64,000 nt of DNA from an uncultured Paludibacteraceae bacterium (lineage in GTDB: Bacteria > Bacteroidota > Bacteroidia > Bacteroidales > Paludibacteraceae): assembly GCA_964570565.1 (NCBI GenBank), contig CAZMYT010000004.1, positions 114,256 to 178,255 on the forward strand. Direction: 5' to 3'. Both the position numbers and the translations under genes were made by a program. Numbering within the stretch: the stretch's first letter is position 1; every line of letters begins with the position of its first letter. The notes below the pieces were generated by a model. It worked only from the letters and a program-made list of their open reading frames with translations, was not told the origin of the DNA and did not search any database. Of this stretch, positions 38,887 through 47,927 are shown one piece after another.

Positions 38887-39816
38887 ATGGATAAAAATGC
38901 CAAAATATACATAGCAGGACATACAGGATTGGTAGGGTCTGCTATTTGGCGCTATTTAGAGCGTGCTGGATTTCATAATCTAGTAGGTAAAACACATGGT
39001 GAAGTTGATCTAAGAGATGCTCAAGCCGTTAAGCACTTTTTTGATTCAGAAAAACCAGTTTACGTATTTTTAGCTGCAGGAAGAGTTGGCGGCATACAAG
39101 CAAATATAGCGCAGCCAGCCTCTTTTTTATATGATAACGTTATGATGCAAGTGAATGTTATTCATCAAGCATATCTATCGAACGTAAAAAAAATAGTTGT
39201 TTTAGGTTCTTCTTGTATTTATCCTAAAGCATCTCCACAACCCATGAAAGAAGACTATTTACTCGATGGTAAATTGGAACCAACGAATGAAGGTTATGCA
39301 CTTTCTAAGATTGTAGCCTTAAAAATGGCAGAAGTCTATAAACAGCAATATAAATTTGATGCTATTGCTATTATGCCTCCCAATTTGTATGGTTTTAATG
39401 ACAGTTTTGATCCTATACATTCGCATGTATTATCTGCAACAGTTAAAAAGTTTGTTGATGCTGTAGATCAGGGGCTATCACAGGTAACCATGTGGGGAAC
39501 AGGAAATGCGCGGCGTGAATTTATGCATGTTGATGATATGGCTGCTGCAGCTTTTTACATGATGGAGCAATATAATGGCGATACCTTTATAAATGTGGGT
39601 TGGGGCGAAGATATTTCAATCAAATCGTTAGCCGAATTAGTAGCCGATATGGTTGGTTATAATGGATCTATCGTTTGGGATACTTCTAAACCAGATGGTA
39701 TGATGCGTAAATGTATGGATGTAACTCGCATGAAAGAAATAGGATTTTATCCTAAAATAGAGATAAAAGAAGGGATTAGAGAAATGATTAATTATTATAA
39801 CACAATCAAACAATGA
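38887..39816 (+). CDS. GDP-L-fucose synthase family epimerase/reductase (Fcl/WcaG); in this context possibly GDP-L-colitose synthase (ColC-like)
   Basis: IYIAGHTGLVGSA, SSCIYP, Y..SK. It is flanked by gmd and a ColD-type dehydratase. Confidence 0.8.
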   Translation: MDKNAKIYIAGHTGLVGSAIWRYLERAGFHNLVGKTHGEVDLRDAQAVKHFFDSEKPVYVFLAAGRVGGIQANIAQPASFLYDNVMMQVNVIHQAYLSNVKKIVVLGSSCIYPKASPQPMKEDYLLDGKLEPTNEGYALSKIVALKMAEVYKQQYKFDAIAIMPPNLYGFNDSFDPIHSHVLSATVKKFVDAVDQGLSQVTMWGTGNARREFMHVDDMAAAAFYMMEQYNGDTFINVGWGEDISIKSLAELVADMVGYNGSIVWDTSKPDGMMRKCMDVTRMKEIGFYPKIEIKEGIREMINYYNTIKQ

Positions 39817-40985
39817 GAATTCCATTAATGAAAAATGCGTTTCTAAGAGAAAAAGAAACGAAGCAAGCATTGTCAGAATTTATATTAAATACGAATCAAT
39901 TTTCCATGGGACAGGAGTGTGAAAAGTTTGAACATAAATTTTCACGCTATCAACGTCGAACCTATTCTTTGTTATTCAATAGTGGTGGTAGTGCAAATTT
40001 AGCTTTACTGCAAGCACTTAAAAGTTTAGGACGTTTAAAAGATGGAGATAAAATAGGCTTTTCCTCACTTACGTGGTCAACCAACGTGATGCCTATTATT
40101 CAAATGGGTTTTATTCCGGTGCCTATTGATTGTGAGATTAACACCATTAACGTGATGTCTAAAAATCTCATTCAACGTATAAAAGAGGTGAAATTATCGG
40201 CTTTTTTTGCTACAAATGTATTAGGTTATTCTGGTGATTTAGATATCATTAAAACCTTATGTGCTGATAACGACATCCTATTTTTGGAAGATAATTGTGA
40301 ATCATTAGGTGCTGAAATGCCAACGGATAAGGTTGGTAATTTTAGTTTAGCTTCAACCTTTTCTTTTTATGTAGCTCACCACATGTCTACTATCGAAGGT
40401 GGTATGCTATGTACAGATGATGACGAGTTATATCAGGTTTTGAAAATGACACGTGCTAATGGTTGGGATCGTAATTTGACCGAAACTCAACAAACCAAAT
40501 TACGTGAGCCCTACAATATTTCACCATTCAATTCTAAATACAGTTTTTTTGAATTGGGTTTTAATTTAAGACCAACTGAAATTACAGGTTTTTTAGGACA
40601 ACATCAAATGCAGTATTTGGAAGAAAATATAGCTATTCGCAATAATAATCATCGAAGATTTGAAACCGTCATTTCACAAAATGATGATTTGTTGTTAGTA
40701 AAACATGATCACATGCATCAAATATCTCCGTTTGGTTTGGTGGTGCTTTGCAAAACGCCCGAATTACGTGAGAAATACTTAACAAGGTTCATTGCTGCAG
40801 AGATTGAAGTTCGTCCTGTGATCGCAGGAAATATGCAAAATCAACCTTTTTATAGTAAGTATGTAGAAGTTATGTATGACTTACCTAATACTGATTTTAT
40901 TCATAATAATGGATTTTATTGTGGTAATTATCCAGAGTTAAGCGATGCTGATATTGACGTGATTTGTAACTGTTTGAAAAAATAA
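39813..40985 (+). CDS. colD: PLP/PMP-dependent 3-dehydratase of the DegT superfamily (ColD/E1 type, His replaces the Schiff-base Lys)
   Basis: SFYVAHHMSTIEGG aligns with SFHATKVFNTIEGG of the neighbouring DegT, so His189 occupies the Lys position. gmd is adjacent, which points to a GDP-linked substrate. Confidence 0.65.
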   Translation: MRIPLMKNAFLREKETKQALSEFILNTNQFSMGQECEKFEHKFSRYQRRTYSLLFNSGGSANLALLQALKSLGRLKDGDKIGFSSLTWSTNVMPIIQMGFIPVPIDCEINTINVMSKNLIQRIKEVKLSAFFATNVLGYSGDLDIIKTLCADNDILFLEDNCESLGAEMPTDKVGNFSLASTFSFYVAHHMSTIEGGMLCTDDDELYQVLKMTRANGWDRNLTETQQTKLREPYNISPFNSKYSFFELGFNLRPTEITGFLGQHQMQYLEENIAIRNNNHRRFETVISQNDDLLLVKHDHMHQISPFGLVVLCKTPELREKYLTRFIAAEIEVRPVIAGNMQNQPFYSKYVEVMYDLPNTDFIHNNGFYCGNYPELSDADIDVICNCLKK

Positions 40986-40990
40986 ATCGT

Positions 40991-41812
40991 ATGTACATTT
41001 TTTATCCATTGTATGGTTTGGCCAATCGTATGCGAGTAATTGATTCAGCCTATCGCTTTTGTAAAACCTACAATAAAAAGTTTGTAATATGTTGGGAACG
41101 TGACCAGGTAGTTAATTGTCCATTCAATAAATTATTCAATCCGTTAGCGTATCTTAAAGAGTCGCACTCTTATCGCTATGTTCGCTTGTTGCATAAATTA
41201 GAACGCCATTTTGGATTGGTTCGTTGGTTTGTGCAAGTGCTTGAAAGATGTCATATATTAAAAATATTTAAAGAAGAACAATACGAAGAGTTACGGGCGT
41301 TTACTAAAAAGGGAGGCAATAAATTTCTTTGGGTAATTGTCGAAAGTTATTCGGTTTTTTATAGAACAGATGAAGATGATTTTTTTCGCGATTTATTTCA
41401 ATTAAATGATTTGATGTCACAACGGTTAAAAAATGAAACCAAAGCATTTAAAACTAACGTTATTGGTGTTCATGTCCGTAGAACTGATAATAAGGATTCT
41501 ATTGAGCGAAGCCCTTTGGAATTATTTATTGCGCGAATGCAAGAGGAAATAGTCAAAGACCCTGAAGTTCAGTTTTATGTAGCCTCCGATGATCCGTTAG
41601 TTAAAGAACAATTGTTACACATGTTTGGTGCTCAACGTATAATTATTCCAACTGGTGTTATAGGGCGCGATTCAGAAGAGGGTATACGTCAAGCGTTGAT
41701 TGAAATGTATGCACTTTCTAAAACAAAACGTATTTTGGGTTCTTATTATAGTTCATTTTCAGAAATTGCATCATCCTTAGCTAGTGTTGAACTTCAAATA
41801 ATAATGAAATAA
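40991..41812 (+). CDS. putative GDP-sugar (fucosyl/colitosyl-type) transferase, GT11/GT23/POFUT-like fold (tentative)
   Basis: N-terminal YGLANRM (compare GGLGNQM) and GVHVRRTDN (compare HxRRGD of alpha-1,2-fucosyltransferases). It sits right after the GDP-deoxyhexose genes. Confidence 0.4.
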   Translation: MYIFYPLYGLANRMRVIDSAYRFCKTYNKKFVICWERDQVVNCPFNKLFNPLAYLKESHSYRYVRLLHKLERHFGLVRWFVQVLERCHILKIFKEEQYEELRAFTKKGGNKFLWVIVESYSVFYRTDEDDFFRDLFQLNDLMSQRLKNETKAFKTNVIGVHVRRTDNKDSIERSPLELFIARMQEEIVKDPEVQFYVASDDPLVKEQLLHMFGAQRIIIPTGVIGRDSEEGIRQALIEMYALSKTKRILGSYYSSFSEIASSLASVELQIIMK

Positions 41813-41883
41813 CACGCATCATTTTATATATTACAATTATATATGTTATTTCATTCATTAGAATTTGCTTAATACAAAATAGT

Positions 41884-42807
41884 ATGTTTTCAATTGTCAT
41901 TCCACTATATAATAAAGCTAAGAGCGTGGCTGATACCATTCAAAGTATTCTCGGTCAATCTTTTGCCGACTTTGAATTGATTATTGTAGACGATGGCTCT
42001 AGCGATGACAGTGTGCGGGTGGTGAACCAATTTACTGACAAGCGTATTCGCCTCATTCATAAAGAGAATGGAGGCGTTTGTTCTGCTCGTAATGTGGGCA
42101 TTTTGCACGCTCAATACGATTATATCGCTCTGCTCGATGCCGATGATCAGTGGGATACCGATTATTTATTGGAGCAACAGAAGTTAATTAACGAGTTTCC
42201 CCAAGCTTCGATGTGGGGCATTAATTTTGCCGAACTATTCGATGGTAAACTCATTCATGAACTAGAAACCGCTTTGCCTAAAGGCTATCGTGGTGTAGTG
42301 GAAAACTATTTTAGTATGAAAGGGCGTGTGTCCGATTTGTTTTGTTCGTCGTCGGTAGTCATTCGTAAGTCGGCTTTCGATGTGGCGGGTTTGTTCGATG
42401 AGCGGTTGAAATATAGTGAAGACATTGATATGTGGTATCGTATTATTATCCATTTTCCAGTGGTTTTTTACGATCGTTATATGGCTTTTTACCAATACGA
42501 TGCGGAGAATAGAGCGATGAATACTGCGCGAAAATTGCGTTATTTTTTACCCTATTACGTCGATAAATACAGCATTTATAAATCGCATACCGATTTTTAT
42601 ACATTTATACAGCGTTGGAGTGCTGTACATATTAGACCCTATTATTTTGGGAGCGATAAAACGCAAAGATCGGATGCTAAAGTGGCGGTTCGCAAATTGG
42701 ATTATTCGGTGTTGCCAACTAAATACAGGTATTTGTTCAAAACACCTCATTGGTTGGGTAGTCTAGTGTATGTTATTTCTAACTTAAAACAACGTTTACT
42801 TAAATGA
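41884..42807 (+). CDS. glycosyltransferase family 2
   Basis: FSIVIPLYNK...VDDGSSDDS...LDADDQW. Confidence 0.8.
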   Translation: MFSIVIPLYNKAKSVADTIQSILGQSFADFELIIVDDGSSDDSVRVVNQFTDKRIRLIHKENGGVCSARNVGILHAQYDYIALLDADDQWDTDYLLEQQKLINEFPQASMWGINFAELFDGKLIHELETALPKGYRGVVENYFSMKGRVSDLFCSSSVVIRKSAFDVAGLFDERLKYSEDIDMWYRIIIHFPVVFYDRYMAFYQYDAENRAMNTARKLRYFLPYYVDKYSIYKSHTDFYTFIQRWSAVHIRPYYFGSDKTQRSDAKVAVRKLDYSVLPTKYRYLFKTPHWLGSLVYVISNLKQRLLK

Positions 42808-43691
42808 TATCTATTGTCATTCCATTATATAACAAAGCACAAAGTATTGCCAATACCATTCGCTGTATTCAACAGCAAACGTATCAAGACTTTGAAGTCG
42901 TGGTGATCGAAGGTTGGTCAACCGACGGTAGTACCGAGCTGATACACCAATTGGCGGCGCAGGATACGCGTATTCGTGTGCTGATGCAACAAAATCGTAA
43001 AGGAGTGACGCCAGCGCGTAATGAAGGCGTACAAGCAGCTAATTATGAACATGTTGCGTTTATTGATGCGGATGATTATTGGGAGCCTACCTATTTGGAA
43101 ACCTTAGTTAAACTGATGCATGATTTTCCAACGGCTGGTATTTGGGGGTTTAGTTATGGTATTATGACTGGCACTGATAAAACGCTCAATAAAGCGATTA
43201 TACCAGCGCAATTCAGAGGTGTTTTGGAAAATCCTTGGGTGTATGGCTGTCCTTATTGGACTGGTGCAACGGGCGTTTCCAAATCGGCTGTTGAACGAAT
43301 CGGCGGATTTGACAATCAAATTATTTATGGCGAAGATTTAGATTTGTGGTATCGTTTGATGTTGAACTGTCCAGCCGTGTACGAAGATAAGGTGCTGGCG
43401 TATTATCGTGTTGATGCTGAAAATAGGGCGATGAACAATGTAATCCCGTTTGAAAAACATTTACCGTTTTTCATCGAAAAATATGAAACGTACCGAGTTG
43501 AAAACGCCGATTTTCGCCGTTATTTCGATTTGCAATGTTTGTACCGTCTTTATCCGTATGTGTTGATGCCACAGTATCGCGCTGATTTACGTCGCGTATT
43601 ACGACAAATCGATTTTTCGCAACAGAAATTATCGATGCGATTACGTTTTTGGTGCCCACGGTTGTATAATTTTTATTTGAACCTGAAATAA
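42804..43691 (+). CDS. glycosyltransferase family 2 (tandem paralog of the previous gene)
   Basis: ISIVIPLYNK...IDADDYW...YYRVDAENRAMN parallels FYQYDAENRAMN in the upstream gene. 4-nt overlap with it. Confidence 0.8.
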   Translation: MISIVIPLYNKAQSIANTIRCIQQQTYQDFEVVVIEGWSTDGSTELIHQLAAQDTRIRVLMQQNRKGVTPARNEGVQAANYEHVAFIDADDYWEPTYLETLVKLMHDFPTAGIWGFSYGIMTGTDKTLNKAIIPAQFRGVLENPWVYGCPYWTGATGVSKSAVERIGGFDNQIIYGEDLDLWYRLMLNCPAVYEDKVLAYYRVDAENRAMNNVIPFEKHLPFFIEKYETYRVENADFRRYFDLQCLYRLYPYVLMPQYRADLRRVLRQIDFSQQKLSMRLRFWCPRLYNFYLNLK

Positions 43692-43775
43692 AAACCATCA
43701 TATTATAAAACATTGATTTATAAATAATTAAAATTTTATTAGTAAGTAATTTGAGAATAACCATAATATATATCC

Positions 43776-44783
43776 ATGACATCAAAAACAAAAATACAAG
43801 CTATTCAAGGATGGCGATTTATTTTCGCTCTATTTGTTGTGGCAGCACACTTACATTTGACAGGTGATTATACGTTAAGTGCTGCTGCTGTATCATTTTT
43901 TCTCGTGTTATCAGGTTTCTTGGCAGCTCATTCCAATACGTCCAATATTGGAAGTTTTTATAGTAAAAAGTTTTGGAGTTTCTATCCATTACATTGGTTT
44001 GCTCTAATTTTATTAGCACCTATGTACTTCATATTGTCTAAATATCAAACAGTTGATTTTGTCTTACGGTATTTATTTAATTCAACTTTGTTGCAGGCAT
44101 TTATTCCTCCCAGTTTTTCATGGTCAGTGTCTGGTGGCCCAACTCTGAACGGTCCATCTTGGTTTTTAAGTATCTTGTTGTTGTTTTTCTTGTTATTACC
44201 AATTATACAAAAAATACGCCAACGATCGCGCAAATTATTTTATGGTTTAGTTATATTATGGTGTGCAGTTGGTGTTATCTTTCCTTATCTAGTGGCTAAT
44301 AGTGAATGGTATGTCTATTTTTTCCCTCCCATTAGAATGTCAGAATGTTTGTTGGGCTTATGTTTAGCTGATATATCGTTCTCAAAAAAGCCAATCGGAA
44401 CTAAGTATGAATTCTTTGTCGTAGGTTTATTGTTGTTGGCATTGATTAGTTCTGCTCATATTTCATGGGTTATTACATCTACGTATTTGTGGATACCAGT
44501 AGTGTCTTTAGTGGTTTGGGTGTTTAGCCAATCACAAGGAGTCATCAGTAAAGTGTTATCTTCTAAATATATGGTGTGGTTAGGCGGTATCAGCTTTGAA
44601 ATTTATATGTTTCATTGGGTAATGAAACGATTTGTAATTTCAATTCAAGAAATTATAAAAATGGAGTTTTCAACCTCGCTGTTTGTTACTTTAGTAATCT
44701 TATTTACAGGAATAGTTGCTCTTATTTATCATTATTGGTTTGAACCGCACATCATAAACAAACTTCGAAAGATTAATAATTGA
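43776..44783 (+). CDS. acyltransferase family 3 (membrane O-acyltransferase)
   Basis: About 10 TM segments and the N-terminal ..GWRFIFALFVV..H pattern. Confidence 0.75.
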   Translation: MTSKTKIQAIQGWRFIFALFVVAAHLHLTGDYTLSAAAVSFFLVLSGFLAAHSNTSNIGSFYSKKFWSFYPLHWFALILLAPMYFILSKYQTVDFVLRYLFNSTLLQAFIPPSFSWSVSGGPTLNGPSWFLSILLLFFLLLPIIQKIRQRSRKLFYGLVILWCAVGVIFPYLVANSEWYVYFFPPIRMSECLLGLCLADISFSKKPIGTKYEFFVVGLLLLALISSAHISWVITSTYLWIPVVSLVVWVFSQSQGVISKVLSSKYMVWLGGISFEIYMFHWVMKRFVISIQEIIKMEFSTSLFVTLVILFTGIVALIYHYWFEPHIINKLRKINN

Positions 44784-44866
44784 TAAGTTGGTAACACCCC
44801 TTTTTTGCTAATGTAGTTTGCAAATGTACGTTTTGTGTATAGATTTAAATTTTTAAATATTATAGG

Positions 44867-45961
44867 ATGAGTAATAAACCAATACATCTTTCGGGATTGA
44901 ATGGATTAAGAGCTTTGGCAGCTTTAGCTGTTGTTTGGGGTCATACGTTACAAGGAGTAACTGGTGATTGGGGTATACCAGCATTTCGATTACCTATATT
45001 TTCAGGTGGCGTTACACTTTTTTTTGTTCTAAGTGGCTTTTTAATAACGTATTTATTGTTGCAAGAAAAACGAATAAGTGATACTGTGAGGATAAAAGCC
45101 TTTTATATGCGTCGTATCCTTAGAATCTGGCCTATCTATTATGCTTACATTGCTATTTGTGCCGTTGTATTTATGGTGGCTGGTATTTCAGATTCTATCT
45201 ATAACGACAAGCTATGGTATTATCTTTTATTTTTTGCCAATATACCTTTTATTTCCGCTACATTTATTCCGATTATTGGTCATTTTTGGAGTATTGGTGT
45301 TGAAGAGCAGTTTTATTTGTTTTGGCCTTGGTTAGTAAAATATACTAGGAAATACCTCTTGTCAACTATCATTATTGTTGGAGGGTTCTGGTTTGGGTTA
45401 AAATTATTAGCTTGGTTGTATTTGGGAAACAACTCTTGGCTGTATGAGTTTTTTAATGTAACACGTTTCCATTGCATGATGTTAGGTGCCATAGGTGCGG
45501 TGCTTTACGAACGAAAAATCAAGTGGTTTATGCAAGGTCTAACTCACTGGTCAACCCAAACGCTAATTTGGGGGTTGTTTATATTCGCGGGTTGGTGGCC
45601 CTATTTGCTCCCAGCAGTTATACGTGAAGAGTCTATAGCTGTAATGTCATTAGTTATGATTGTTGGTCAAGTTCATGGAAAATTTATTGTTAATTTGGAA
45701 ACTAGGGTATTTGACTTTATAGGCAAAATTTCTTATGGTATTTATGTAATTCATCCGTTATTAATTTATTTATTATCAATCTTATATAGACAATTACATG
45801 TTGATTTACCATTAACATTGCAGTATATTTTAATTTACGCAAATGTAACGTTCTTAACTATATTAATAGCGTGGTTATCATATACCTATTTTGAAAAACC
45901 ATTTTTAAAATTAAAAGATCGTTTTGCTGTTGTGAAAAGTCGTAATACGTTTCGAATATAG
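44867..45961 (+). CDS. acyltransferase family 3 (membrane O-acyltransferase)
   Basis: LNGLRALAALAVVWGH, RRILRIWP.YY and FWSIGVEEQFY motifs. Confidence 0.85.
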   Translation: MSNKPIHLSGLNGLRALAALAVVWGHTLQGVTGDWGIPAFRLPIFSGGVTLFFVLSGFLITYLLLQEKRISDTVRIKAFYMRRILRIWPIYYAYIAICAVVFMVAGISDSIYNDKLWYYLLFFANIPFISATFIPIIGHFWSIGVEEQFYLFWPWLVKYTRKYLLSTIIIVGGFWFGLKLLAWLYLGNNSWLYEFFNVTRFHCMMLGAIGAVLYERKIKWFMQGLTHWSTQTLIWGLFIFAGWWPYLLPAVIREESIAVMSLVMIVGQVHGKFIVNLETRVFDFIGKISYGIYVIHPLLIYLLSILYRQLHVDLPLTLQYILIYANVTFLTILIAWLSYTYFEKPFLKLKDRFAVVKSRNTFRI

Positions 45962-45981
45962 TTATATAAGATTATCAAATT

Positions 45982-46968
45982 ATGCTTTTATCCATCATCA
46001 TACCCGTTTACAATGTAGCGCCTTACGTTGAGAAATGTTTGGCGAGTTTATTGTGTCAAGGGCTGGCGCCGTCTGACTATGAATTGATTGTGGTCAACGA
46101 TGGTTCCACCGATGAGTCGTACACGATAGCTAAAACATTTTTGGAGCATCAAGCTAGCCTTGCGCCTTTCACCTTTCACCTGATTTCCCAACCCAATGGT
46201 GGATTGAGTGCTGCTCGCAACACAGGTATTCGTCACGCTAAAGGAAAATACATCCAGTTTGTCGATTCCGACGATTATTTAGAACCGCATGTATTGGGTG
46301 CGTTGGTTCAAAAGATGGAGCGAGAACAGTTGGATGTTTTGCGATTCAACTATCAAAATGTGAACGAACAGTACCACGTGTTTGAGCCGTATAAAGCCAT
46401 GAAACCATTTGTCGATTACCGCGATGAGATATGCGATGGTTTAACTTTTCTCACAGAGCGCTTGGGCTACGGCTGTTATGCGGTGCAGTTTATGATACGC
46501 GCTACACTGTTGCAAGCCGAAGTACATCACTTTAAAGCGGGCATCTATTTTGAAGATACCGAATGGACGCCTCGTTTATTGGTGCGTGCACAGCGTGTAA
46601 CTTCCGTAGATACGATGGTGTACAACTATTTGATGCGCACAGGTTCCATTACGCAAAGTGTGGATCCTGAAAAAACTAAAAAGTTGCTGAACGATAAATT
46701 GTTACTTATCGACTCTATGAAACAGCAAGCCCAACAACAGCCCGATAAACGTTGGTTTTTTGGCATGATAGCAGCCACCGTTATTTCGCTGCTTGGTTAT
46801 GTAGGAGCCGACTTTTATCCTCACAGGGCTTTTTATTTCAAAGCGTTACGCGAAAAAATGATTTATCCATTGTCTATGTATCATAGTTCTAAAGTAGCAA
46901 AGCGCAAAATACGGGTTATAAATCTGTCGCCTGCCTTGTTTTGTTGGCTGTTACGCGTTAAACGTTAA
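45982..46968 (+). CDS. glycosyltransferase family 2
   Basis: LSIIIPVYNV...VNDGSTDES...VDSDDY. Its stop codon lies in the first word of the following repeat array. Confidence 0.8.
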   Translation: MLLSIIIPVYNVAPYVEKCLASLLCQGLAPSDYELIVVNDGSTDESYTIAKTFLEHQASLAPFTFHLISQPNGGLSAARNTGIRHAKGKYIQFVDSDDYLEPHVLGALVQKMEREQLDVLRFNYQNVNEQYHVFEPYKAMKPFVDYRDEICDGLTFLTERLGYGCYAVQFMIRATLLQAEVHHFKAGIYFEDTEWTPRLLVRAQRVTSVDTMVYNYLMRTGSITQSVDPEKTKKLLNDKLLLIDSMKQQAQQQPDKRWFFGMIAATVISLLGYVGADFYPHRAFYFKALREKMIYPLSMYHSSKVAKRKIRVINLSPALFCWLLRVKR

Positions 46969-47165
46969 GGGTTAGGGATGAAGGGTTAAACGTTGAACGT
47001 TTAGCGTATAGCGTGAAGAAACTACGTTTAGCGAATAACGAGCAACGTTAAGGGTGAGGGATGAAGGGTTAAAGGTTAAGGGTTTAAAGAACGACATTAA
47101 ACGTTGAACGTTTAGCGTTTAGCGTGCAGTAACTACGAGCAACGATTAACGAGCAACGATAAAAC
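46962..47165 (+). repeat. tandem composite repeat (unit 1 about 83 nt, unit 2 about 121 nt): GGGTTA-type words followed by AACGTT/TAGCG words
   Basis: ACGTTAAGGGT(T/G)AGGGATGAAGGGTTAAA and AAACGTTGAACGTTTAGCGT(A/T)TAGCGTG each occur twice. The perfect palindrome AAACGTT-G-AACGTTT is at 46988-47002 and 47099-47113. Confidence 0.85.
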
Positions 47166-47167
47166 GT

Positions 47168-47194
47168 ACATGAAAGTAGCATATTTATTAGGTT
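47168..47194 (+). repeat. 27-nt direct repeat, left copy (copy of the 5' end of the GT4 gene at 48765)
   Basis: ACATGAAAGTAGCATATTTATTAGGTT is 26/27 identical to 48763-48789. Confidence 0.95.
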
Positions 47195-47202
47195 TACACT
47201 AA
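47170..47202 (+). pseudogene. orphaned 5' fragment of the GT4 gene (MKVAYLLG then out of homology, stop after 10 codons)
   Basis: The first 8 codons are identical in amino-acid sequence to the gene starting at 48765. Confidence 0.55.
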
Positions 47203-47272
47203 AAAAATATTTTTTTAGCAAAATTTTGAACAGATAATTGAATTAATTAGTAGTATCTATTCCTATTTTTAC

Positions 47273-47280
47273 TATTTTTG
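47273..47280 (+). promoter_or_regulatory. candidate -7 box TATTTTTG for abiEi
   Basis: TAnnTTTG match 20 nt upstream of ATG 47301. Confidence 0.4.
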
Positions 47281-47300
47281 TAAACTAATTTGAATATTTT

Positions 47301-47927
47301 ATGAATACACTCTCAGAAATAGGAGCGGTTCCAGTTGATTTTTCGCTACTGAAGGCGATGTATCCTAATCACAAATCGATACATAATAAAATCAGTGAGT
47401 TAGAAAATGCAGGAAAACTTATTCGCTTGAAAAAAGGTTTGTATGTGGTTGCTCCCCAAGAGAGTGGCATGCTGTTATCGTCAGAGTTGATAGCCAATCA
47501 TTTATATGGTCCATCTTATGTTTCCAAAGAGTCTGCTTTACGTTATTATGGCTTAATTCCTGAACAGGTTTATACGCTGTATTCAATGACCACAAAACAT
47601 GCTAGAAGTTTTACAAATGCATTAGGCACATTTGATTATACACACTGTTCGAACGATTATTTTACCATAGGTATTAGGCAAGAATCGAAAGAAGGTTTGT
47701 TTTTTTTAATGGCAACTCCAGAGAAAGCTTTGTGCGACTTAATTATAAACACACCCAACCTAAATCTCCGTTATCAAAAGGAAATCAGAACCTATTTAGA
47801 AGAGGATATACGGTTTGACATGCAGGCATTTTTTAAGATGGATGTGGAAATTCTAAAACAATGTCTGTTGTATGGTAAAAAAAAGCCTATCATTACCAAT
47901 TTAATTCACCTCATCAGAAAATCATGA
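47301..47927 (+). CDS. abiEi: type IV toxin-antitoxin system AbiEi family antitoxin
   Basis: N-terminal wHTH-like ...ISELENAGKLIRLKKGLYV... and ...YVSKESALRYYGLIPE... patterns typical of AbiEi. ATGA overlap with the next gene. Confidence 0.75.
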   Translation: MNTLSEIGAVPVDFSLLKAMYPNHKSIHNKISELENAGKLIRLKKGLYVVAPQESGMLLSSELIANHLYGPSYVSKESALRYYGLIPEQVYTLYSMTTKHARSFTNALGTFDYTHCSNDYFTIGIRQESKEGLFFLMATPEKALCDLIINTPNLNLRYQKEIRTYLEEDIRFDMQAFFKMDVEILKQCLLYGKKKPIITNLIHLIRKS

